A DNA stretch of 64,000 nucleotides from Cyanobacteriota bacterium (GTDB taxonomy: Bacteria; Cyanobacteriota; Cyanobacteriia; Cyanobacteriales; Nostocaceae), in assembly GCA_046045965.1 (NCBI GenBank), contig JBJOKS010000018.1, forward strand, positions 1-64,000, in the 5' to 3' direction. The notes under the pieces are model-generated. The model saw nothing but the letters and a program-made list of their open reading frames with translations, was not told where the DNA came from and searched no databases. Made by a program: the position numbers and the translations under genes. Of this stretch, positions 40,345-48,636 are shown piece by piece (the stretch's first letter is position 1; each line of letters opens with the position of its first letter).

Positions 40345-43300
40345 TTATTTAACTGCTTTTGGTTGTTTGTTTTCTTGAACTTCTTGTAATTTCCTGGCGG
40401 CTAAATATTGATACATTTGCCAACGAGTATTAACATCAGATTGGGCTTCTTGCAAGAATTCTTTTGCCTTTTCTGGGTTAATTTTGGTCAACATTTTGAA
40501 CCGATTTTCCATATACATGGAATTTTCAACTGGTATTCTAGGAGTGCGTGAATCAAGTTGTAAGGGGTTTTGTCCTTGTTCCACACGGTCGGGATGATAA
40601 CGGTACAATAACCAACGTCCAGAGTCTACAGCAGCTTTTTGATTTTGCATTGCTGTAGCCATATTAATACCATGAGCAACACAATGACTGTAGGCAATTA
40701 TTAATGATGGTCCATCGTAAGCTTCCGCTTCCAAAAATGCTTTTAATGTGTGTTCATCTCTTGCACCCATAGCCACACTAGCAACGTAAACATTACCATA
40801 GGTCATGGCTATTAAACCCAGGTCTTTTTTAGCTGCGGGTTTACCACCTGCTGCAAATTTTGCTACTGCACCTTTGGGGGTTGATTTGGACATTTGACCG
40901 CCAGTGTTAGAATAAACTTCTGTGTCTAATACCAAAATATTGACATTGCGACCACTAGCAATTACATGATCTAATCCACCGTAACCAATATCATAAGCCC
41001 AACCATCACCACCGATAATCCAAACACTCTTTTTCACTAAATAATCAGCTAAGGATTTGAGATTTTGGATTTGGGATTTTAGATTGGTGAAATCGGTATT
41101 ATTCAACAATTCATCTAATTTTGCTTTGAGAATAGATACCCGTTCTCTTTGTTCGTAAATATCCGCTTCGTCTTTTTGTTCAGCATTAAGAATTGCGGTA
41201 ACTAAATTGTCGCCTATTTGGGGTGCAAGTTGTTGGAGTAAATAAGCTGCCATTTCTGCTTGTTTATCAATAGAAACGCGGAAACCTAAACCAAATTCGG
41301 CGTTATCTTCAAATAAACTATTAGACCAAGCTGGACCTCTACCTTCAGCGTTTGTTGTCCAAGGTGTAGTAGGTAAATTACCACCATAGATGGATGAACA
41401 ACCGGTGGCGTTTGCTACGATCATGCGATCGCCAAATAATTGTGTTACCAGTTTAATATATGGTGTTTCTCCACATCCTCCACAAGCACCAGAGAACTCA
41501 AATAACGGTTCTTGCATTTGTTGTTGATTAATTCTATTCAACTTCAAATTTCTGCGGTCTGGATTTGGTAAACTCAAGAAGAAATCCCAGTTTTCCCGTT
41601 CTGCTTCTCTTAATGGTCTTTGTGGTTCCATATTAATGGCTTTTTTGCGTGGTTCGGCTTTATTTTTCGCCGGACATACATCCACACATAAAGCACAACC
41701 TGTACAGTCTTCTGCTGCTACTTGAATGGTAAACTTCAAATCATGCCAATCATGTTCTTTTGCATTTGCACTTTTGAAGGTTGTAGGGGCATTTTCTAAC
41801 TGTTCTGGTTCATAAACTTTACCCCTAATTACGCTGTGTGGACAGACCATTACACATTTACCACATTGAATACAAACGTCTGAGTCCCAAACAGGAATTT
41901 CTTGAGCAATATTGCGTTTTTCCCATTTCGATGTACCTGTAGGATATGAACCATCACAAGGTAATGCACTCACTGGTAAATCATCACCTTCACGGGCTAT
42001 CATTTTACCTAAAACATCACGCACAAATGCAGGTGCATAATGGGGAATAGGTGACAGTTGACAGGTGACAGGTGACAGTTCTTTTTTGAGTTCTTTAGTT
42101 GTGATTTCGTAGAGGTTATCCAAGGTTTTATCAACTGCTTGAATATTCATTTGGACGATTTCTTCGCCTTTTTTACCGTAGGTTTTGCGAATTGATTTTT
42201 TAATTTGGGCTATCGCTTCTTCTCTGGGTAAAACACCGGAAACTGCAAAGAAACAAACCTGCATGACTGTGTTAATATGTCCGCCCATTCCCGCTTCCCG
42301 TGCGACTTTATAGGCATTAATTACATAAAATTTGAGATTTTTGGTAATTATCTCTTCTTGCATAGAAGCGGGTAATTTATCCCATACTTCATCTTTGTTA
42401 TAAGGTGAATTCAGTAAGAACGTACCACCAGGGACAATATCTTTCAACATGGGGAATTTTTCTACAAACTCCCATTGATGACAAGCGACGAAGTTGGCTT
42501 TGGTGATTAAATAGGTAGAGCGAATTTGTTGAGGTCCAAACCGCAAATGGGAAACTGTAACAGAACCAGATTTTTTTGAGTCGTAAACAAAGTAACCTTG
42601 AGCATAATTATCAGTTTCTTCACCGATAATTTTGATAGAGTTTTTGTTTGCTCCGACTGTACCATCAGCACCTAAACCATAGAAAATAGCTCTAACTATG
42701 CTATCAGATTCAATGTTAAATTCTGGGTCATATTCTAGGCTGGTGTGGGTGACATCATCGTTAATACCAACTGTGAAATGATTTTTTGGAGATCCCCCTT
42801 TGTCCCCCTTATTAAGGGGGGTTGGGGGGATCAAATTATCAAATACAGCTTTTACCATTGCAGGTGTAAATTCTTTAGAAGATAAACCATATCTTCCACC
42901 AACTACTTGAATATTATTGAGTTGATTTTCTGCCAAAGCTGTGACGACATCTGTATATAGAGGTTCGCCAATTGCTCCTGGTTCTTTGGTTCTATCTAAA
43001 ACTGCAATACTGCGGGTTGTTTTTGGTAAAGCATCAATAAATCTTTGGGTGTCAAAAGGACGATATAATCTAACTTTGATAACTCCAACTTTTTCTCCTT
43101 GTTTTTTGAGATAATCTACGGTTTCATGAACTGTTTCACAACCAGAACCCATGAGGATAATTATTCTTTCTGCTTCTGGATCTCCATGATATTCAAATAG
43201 TTTATATTGTCGCCGTGTAATTGCGGCGAATTCATCCATTACCTTCTGAGTGATATCTGGGCAAGCAAGATAAAATGGGTTTACTGTTTCCCTGGCTTGA

Positions 43301-43986
43301 AAGTAAACATCGGGGTTTTGGGCTGTTCCTCTTAATACTGGTTTATCAGGAGTTAAAGCCCGTGAGCGATGGTTTATTACTAATTCTATGGGGATGATTT
43401 TTTGTAAGTCTTCGGTTGTTAATGTTTCTACTTTATCTACTTCGTGAGAGGTGCGAAAACCATCAAAAAAGTGTAAGAAAGGAATGCGAGATTCTAAAGT
43501 TGCACGGGTAGAAATAACGGCAAAATCTTGAGCTTCTTGCACAGAAGCAGCGCATAACATGGCAAAACCGGTACTTCTAGCGGCCATGACATCACTATGA
43601 TCACCAAAAATTGATAATGCCTGTGCTGCAAGCGATCGCGCCGCAATATGAAATACTGTAGGTGTAAGTTCACCGGCAATTTTGTACATATTCGGGATCA
43701 TTAACATTAATCCCTGGGATGCTGTAAATGTGGTAGTTAGTGAACCGGTTTGTAAAGCACCATGTACAGCGCCGGCAACTCCTCCTTCACTCTGCAACTG
43801 TACTACGGTGGGAACACTACCCCAAATATTGGGTTTATTTTCACTCATCCAAGCATCAGACCATTCAGCCATCGGTGAAGATGGTGTAATGGGATAAATA
43901 GCAATAACTTCATTGAGTGGGTAGACAACTTTGGCAACTGCTTCGTTACCGTCTATGGTGGCATAAGTTCTAGTTTTCATATTCAT
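40345..43986 (-). CDS. nifJ: Pyruvate:ferredoxin/flavodoxin oxidoreductase
   Basis: YPITPSS, CIQCGKC and CTGCALC Fe-S motifs, GACGGCGE, GGDGWAYDIG. Confidence 0.97.
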   Translation of the reverse strand: MNMKTRTYATIDGNEAVAKVVYPLNEVIAIYPITPSSPMAEWSDAWMSENKPNIWGSVPTVVQLQSEGGVAGAVHGALQTGSLTTTFTASQGLMLMIPNMYKIAGELTPTVFHIAARSLAAQALSIFGDHSDVMAARSTGFAMLCAASVQEAQDFAVISTRATLESRIPFLHFFDGFRTSHEVDKVETLTTEDLQKIIPIELVINHRSRALTPDKPVLRGTAQNPDVYFQARETVNPFYLACPDITQKVMDEFAAITRRQYKLFEYHGDPEAERIIILMGSGCETVHETVDYLKKQGEKVGVIKVRLYRPFDTQRFIDALPKTTRSIAVLDRTKEPGAIGEPLYTDVVTALAENQLNNIQVVGGRYGLSSKEFTPAMVKAVFDNLIPPTPLNKGDKGGSPKNHFTVGINDDVTHTSLEYDPEFNIESDSIVRAIFYGLGADGTVGANKNSIKIIGEETDNYAQGYFVYDSKKSGSVTVSHLRFGPQQIRSTYLITKANFVACHQWEFVEKFPMLKDIVPGGTFLLNSPYNKDEVWDKLPASMQEEIITKNLKFYVINAYKVAREAGMGGHINTVMQVCFFAVSGVLPREEAIAQIKKSIRKTYGKKGEEIVQMNIQAVDKTLDNLYEITTKELKKELSPVTCQLSPIPHYAPAFVRDVLGKMIAREGDDLPVSALPCDGSYPTGTSKWEKRNIAQEIPVWDSDVCIQCGKCVMVCPHSVIRGKVYEPEQLENAPTTFKSANAKEHDWHDLKFTIQVAAEDCTGCALCVDVCPAKNKAEPRKKAINMEPQRPLREAERENWDFFLSLPNPDRRNLKLNRINQQQMQEPLFEFSGACGGCGETPYIKLVTQLFGDRMIVANATGCSSIYGGNLPTTPWTTNAEGRGPAWSNSLFEDNAEFGLGFRVSIDKQAEMAAYLLQQLAPQIGDNLVTAILNAEQKDEADIYEQRERVSILKAKLDELLNNTDFTNLKSQIQNLKSLADYLVKKSVWIIGGDGWAYDIGYGGLDHVIASGRNVNILVLDTEVYSNTGGQMSKSTPKGAVAKFAAGGKPAAKKDLGLIAMTYGNVYVASVAMGARDEHTLKAFLEAEAYDGPSLIIAYSHCVAHGINMATAMQNQKAAVDSGRWLLYRYHPDRVEQGQNPLQLDSRTPRIPVENSMYMENRFKMLTKINPEKAKEFLQEAQSDVNTRWQMYQYLAARKLQEVQENKQPKAVK
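42791..42832. repeat. Palindromic dispersed repeat lying in-frame within nifJ
   Basis: GATC-CCCCTTTGTCCCCCTTATTAAGGGGGGTTGGGGG-GATC; encodes about IPPTPLNKGDKGGS. Confidence 0.75.
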
Positions 43987-44096
43987 TAACCTTTGAGAAT
44001 TTTTAAACTATGGATCATAAAGTAAATGGAAAAAAATCGAACCCAGTCCCCAGTCCCCAGTATCCTGGTGTCTATCTTGAAACTAAACTGAAAATT

Positions 44097-44113
44097 TGAG
44101 GAACTTGTGAGGA
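44097..44113 (-). promoter_or_regulatory. TCCTCA direct-repeat box, copy 3 (nifJ operon)
   Basis: TCCTCACAAGTTCCTCA on the minus strand, 11 nt before TAGTTT. Confidence 0.8.
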
Positions 44114-44213
44114 AAACCTGTACTTGATGATCTTGTATACAAATTTCTCGGAAGTCCTGTTTAAGTTTTGACTTAAGTATTCAGTTATCAGCTATAGAGT
44201 ATATTTTTCTCCT

Positions 44214-44230
44214 TCCTCACAAGTTCCTCA
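44214..44230 (+). promoter_or_regulatory. TCCTCA direct-repeat box, copy 4 (DUF442-like gene)
   Basis: TCCTCACAAGTTCCTCA, 11 nt before TAAATT. Confidence 0.8.
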
Positions 44231-44377
44231 ACTTCTAGTTCTAAATTAATAGTAGATTAAGGACTAATCGGTTAAGACTTGTATAACAAGGTTGTAGGAA
44301 ATTCCTACATTAATTTTTAATACCAAGTTGGAGACAGGGTTGCCATCAAAATATTAACTTCATTTCCACCAAAACCT

Positions 44378-44782
44378 ATGATTGACAATGTACTGCCAAT
44401 GAATATTGTCAGGAAGATTAATCAGGAGATAACAATCAGTGGACAAATTACACCAGAACAGCTACAAAAGCTGGCTGATGATGGTTATAAGTCTGTCCTA
44501 AATCTGTGTTTTGCCGATGAACAAGGCTCCTGGAAAAGCGAACAGGAAGAAACTGAATTTCTAGGATTATGTTATGTCAATCAGCCTACAAAAATTGAAA
44601 ATCTAACTCTTCAAGGTGCAAGCCAGGTTTTTCAAATTATTAACGAATTGCCTAAACCACTGCTGATACATTGTAATAATTCCAAACGATCAGCAGCTAT
44701 AGTATTATTATATATTTCTACTAAACAAGGAATTAATTTTGAGCAGGTCTGGCAACAGGCTATCAATTTAGACTTGCTATAG
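44378..44782 (+). CDS. DUF442/Blh-like phosphatase-fold (sulfurtransferase-like) protein
   Basis: SGQITPEQLQKLADDGYKSVLNL, PLLIHCNNSKRS. Confidence 0.75.
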   Translation: MIDNVLPMNIVRKINQEITISGQITPEQLQKLADDGYKSVLNLCFADEQGSWKSEQEETEFLGLCYVNQPTKIENLTLQGASQVFQIINELPKPLLIHCNNSKRSAAIVLLYISTKQGINFEQVWQQAINLDLL

Positions 44783-44835
<53 letters not shown>

Positions 44836-44882
44836 GAAAGGGGAGGAATGGTGAAAAGTATTCCCGTACCTCCCGCGTCTTC

Positions 44883-45176
44883 TTAGTTAGTGCTGAAGAC
44901 TTGAGATGAAGCTACCCGATGAGTGGTATTAACAGATGGTAATTTCTGTTTAGTAGCAGATGCTGATGCTGTGACAACGTGGCTGTTTTCTTTCATTAAA
45001 CGGCTATAAGTACGCTGGGGAATATAATGCAGTGGATTATAGCCAATAAAACGTAAAATCAACACACAAGCCCAAGAATATCTACCATCAGCAATAACTT
45101 CAATAATCTGATTTAATTCTTCAGGTGTAATAACATTCTCAAAAGTAGCTGGAGAAGAAGAAATTCGGTAGTTCAT
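44883..45176 (-). CDS. HetP-family heterocyst commitment protein
   Basis: [42 protein letters not shown] family signature; the paralog cannot be assigned. Confidence 0.88.
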   Translation of the reverse strand: MNYRISSSPATFENVITPEELNQIIEVIADGRYSWACVLILRFIGYNPLHYIPQRTYSRLMKENSHVVTASASATKQKLPSVNTTHRVASSQVFSTN

Positions 45177-45222
45177 AACTAGCCCTGATATAACTGGTAT
45201 TATTGGAGATTTGGCGTTACAT

Positions 45223-45332
45223 TACAGCAGAATATGGCTTACGCCACGCTATCAGGAGTCAGGGGTGAAACGGGCGAATGTCTATAGGTTTCAATTTTGA
45301 TTCTGTACCTGATTGATCTGTAATCTGCTGTA
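45223..45332. mobile_element. MITE-like element with TACAGCAGA termini
   Basis: TACAGCAGA ... TCTGCTGTA 9-bp perfect inverted ends. Confidence 0.55.
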
Positions 45333-46097
45333 TCTGCGGAATGATCTGATCTATTGACATGGTTGTATAATCGCCAAAAGTTCTGAAATCAAGTGAACTA
45401 GAAATTTAGCGATCGCTGGCAACTATGCCCAAATTATCGAACAATAAAGATGTATGAAGTAATCCTAATGACTAAAGATTTAGCTTCACTTTTCGGTAGT
45501 TAAATTCAAGCTGATCAACTTGCTTTATCATTATTTTTATCTTACTAATTCCCCCTTAGATTACATTTATGTAAATTCTAGACCAAGGTTATTTATGTTA
45601 ATGTCTCAGTCAATTGTCTGATAAAAAAATAGGGAACACAAACAATCATCTGATATGCAGAATACTATTTTTTTTTAAGCATTTTAGCCAAGTTGGCAAT
45701 TTTTATATAAAGAAATTATAGTTGATGGCAATTTTTGTATATTTATAAAATGCCTATTTAAATAGTGTCACATGGGGAGTTTACAAAATTACAACTAGCA
45801 GCTATTGAAAGAGACAGGTAAAAAAATTAGACTAAATAACTTTACTTGCTAGTTAGCTAAAAGGTGACTTTAGTATGGGTAAAATGATAGACAATAGTTA
45901 CTAACTAAACCATATTGTTCTCTATCTCAGGAATTACTTTATGGTTTCACACTTGAGTTAGATGCGATAATTTTGACAATTTATATATAATCGCAGAGGA
46001 TAATACACCTCACCTAAACCATCATCTAAAACTACTGTGGTTTTTTTTGAGGGTAGAAAAATGAGGTCTTAACCTAGTGATGGTTGGTTAATTTCCT

Positions 46098-48533
46098 ATG
46101 TATGAATTATTTCAAGCTATTTTAAACAGTGAGGAAAAAACTGAGATACTTCAGTTTCTCTTGACTTTAAACACTACGGATAAACGTTACTTTTTAAGAA
46201 ATGAAATTTTGCAATTTTTTGGATATTATTGTCATCAGTCCCAAAAACCTGCTTATTTTTACCACTCTTCTTCTCTAGGTACACTCATTCACTATACCCA
46301 TGAAATAATTCTAGAAAGTGAAAATACTTGGTTTGTGGTCAGGCCAAAAATTGCGAGTCAAGAAGTATGGAGACTAACCGCAGATTTTACGAAGTTTGAT
46401 TTAATGACACCGAAAGAATTTTTAGATGTGAGCGATCGCTTAGTCAACCGTTACCAATCTCACATTCTAGAAATCGATCTCCACCCATTTTATCAAACAT
46501 CTCCAAGAATTACCGATCCTAGAAACATTGGTCAAGGTCTAACCTTCCTGAACCATTATCTATGCAATGAATTTGTCACAGATCCTCAGTATTGGCTAGA
46601 AAAATTGTTTCAAGCCTTACAAGGAATAGAATATAATGGCATTAGGCTGTTAATTGGCGATCGCATTCATTCCGGTATTAAGTTTGCTAAACAAATTAAA
46701 CCAGCTATCACCTTTTTAAGTCAAATTCCCCCCAACGAACCCTACACACAGTTTCGTTTTCAACTCCAACAACTTGGTTTTGAAGCTGGTTGGGGTCATA
46801 ATGCAGCGCGAGTTAGGGAAACCCTAGAACTCTTACAAAGACTCATAGACACCCCCCAACCCTCCATCCTGGAAGCTTTTGTAGCGCGTATTCCCGCAGT
46901 TTTTCGTGTTGTTCTTGTTTCTATACATGGGTGGGTAGCGCAAGAAGACGTTTTAGGACGAGAAGAAACATTAGGTCAAGTTATTTATGTGCTTGAACAA
47001 GCACGCAGCTTAGAAAACAAACTCCGAGAGGAAATTAAACTTGCTGGACTTGACCTCTTGGGTATCAAACCTCATGTAATTATTCTGACTCGCCTCATTC
47101 CCAACTGTCAAGGAACATTTTGTGACCTGCGTTTAGAAAAAGTTGACAATACAGAAAATGCTTGGATTTTGCGGGTTCCATTTACAAATTTAAACTCAGA
47201 TGTTGAACCAGAAATTACCAATAACTGGATTTCTAAATTTGAAATTTGGCCTTATTTAGAAAAGTTTTCCCAAGATGCAGAAAAAGAACTATTAGCGCAA
47301 TTTTCAGGCAAACCAAACTTGATTATTGGTAACTACACCGATGGTAATTTAGTGGCGTTTCTTCTCTCCCATAGTTTGAAAGTTACCCAATGCAATATTG
47401 CTCATGCCTTAGAAAAACCAAAACACTTATTTAGTAACTTATACTGGCAAGATTTAGAAGAAATATATCACTTCTCAGCCCAATTTACTGCTGATTTGAT
47501 TAGCATGAATGCGGCAGATTTTATCATAGCTTCCACCTATCAAGAAATTGTGGGTACACCAGACACAATGGGACAATATGAATCCTATAAATGTTTTACA
47601 ATGCCTGAATTATATCATGTAGTTGATGGCATTGATTTATTTAACCCTAAATTTAATATGGTACCTCCGGGAGTAAGTGAAACATTCTTTTTTCCCTATA
47701 ACCAAACAAAAGATAGAAATATTCAAGAAACCCAAGAAATTGAAAATCTACTTTTTCAAAATCAAGATGATCACATTTTCGGTAACATAGACGATATCAA
47801 CAAAAGACCAATTTTTGCAGTAGCACCCATTACCTCAATTAAAAACCTGACTGGTTTGGTTGAATGTTTTGGCAAAAGTGAGGAGTTAAAAACACGGTGT
47901 AACCTGATTTTATTAACCAGTAAATTATATGCAGATGAAGCCACAAACCCAGAAGAAGCCAGAGAAATTGCCAAACTGCACAACATTATTAACGAGTATC
48001 ATCTACAAGGTAAAATCCGCTGGTTAGGAATGCGCTTACCTAGCCAAAAAATCGGGGAAGCTTATCGGATAATTGCCGATCATGGCGGTATTTATATTCA
48101 TTTTGCCCTTTATGAAGCCTTTGGTCGCAGCATTTTAGAAGCAATGATTTCCGGTTTACCAACCTTTGCTACTAAATTTGGTGGTTCATTAGAAATTATC
48201 GAAGATTGGCAAAATGGATTTCATCTCAACCCCACAGACTTAGAAGGTACAGCCAAGACAATTATTACTTTCTTAGATAAATGTGATGCTAACCCAGAAT
48301 ATTGGCAAGAAACATCCCAATGGATGATCCAAAGAATTCGCCATAAATACAACTGGAAATCACACACAGAACAATTATTATTATTAACTAAAACCTTTAG
48401 TTTTTGGAACTTCATCGCCCCCGAAGACAACGACGCAAGAGATAGATATATGGAAACATTATTTTATCTCATTTATAAACCCAGAGCCGAAAAGATTTTA
48501 GCACAACATCAAAGACAATATGCTCACACTTGA
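46098..48533 (+). CDS. susB: Sucrose synthase (divergent SusB type)
   Basis: WISKFEIWPYLE, IIGNYTDGNLVA, HALEK, YEAFG..LEAM. Confidence 0.85.
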   Translation: MYELFQAILNSEEKTEILQFLLTLNTTDKRYFLRNEILQFFGYYCHQSQKPAYFYHSSSLGTLIHYTHEIILESENTWFVVRPKIASQEVWRLTADFTKFDLMTPKEFLDVSDRLVNRYQSHILEIDLHPFYQTSPRITDPRNIGQGLTFLNHYLCNEFVTDPQYWLEKLFQALQGIEYNGIRLLIGDRIHSGIKFAKQIKPAITFLSQIPPNEPYTQFRFQLQQLGFEAGWGHNAARVRETLELLQRLIDTPQPSILEAFVARIPAVFRVVLVSIHGWVAQEDVLGREETLGQVIYVLEQARSLENKLREEIKLAGLDLLGIKPHVIILTRLIPNCQGTFCDLRLEKVDNTENAWILRVPFTNLNSDVEPEITNNWISKFEIWPYLEKFSQDAEKELLAQFSGKPNLIIGNYTDGNLVAFLLSHSLKVTQCNIAHALEKPKHLFSNLYWQDLEEIYHFSAQFTADLISMNAADFIIASTYQEIVGTPDTMGQYESYKCFTMPELYHVVDGIDLFNPKFNMVPPGVSETFFFPYNQTKDRNIQETQEIENLLFQNQDDHIFGNIDDINKRPIFAVAPITSIKNLTGLVECFGKSEELKTRCNLILLTSKLYADEATNPEEAREIAKLHNIINEYHLQGKIRWLGMRLPSQKIGEAYRIIADHGGIYIHFALYEAFGRSILEAMISGLPTFATKFGGSLEIIEDWQNGFHLNPTDLEGTAKTIITFLDKCDANPEYWQETSQWMIQRIRHKYNWKSHTEQLLLLTKTFSFWNFIAPEDNDARDRYMETLFYLIYKPRAEKILAQHQRQYAHT

Positions 48534-48636
48534 AAATTAACAACAAACTTATATTTCTCCTTCTTCTCTCTTCTCTCTTTCTCTGCGCCTCTGCGTGAGA
48601 TAAATTCCCTTCATTCTTCAAGAAATAATTATAAAA

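Noticed and set aside
46007..46024. Possible box upstream of sucrose synthase (ACCTCACCTAAACCATCA)
   Set aside because: Only one half-site resembles the consensus and the spacing does not fit.
45177..46097. NtcA sites for the HetP-like gene or susB
   Set aside because: No convincing GTA-N8-TAC with a correctly spaced -10 element was found by eye.
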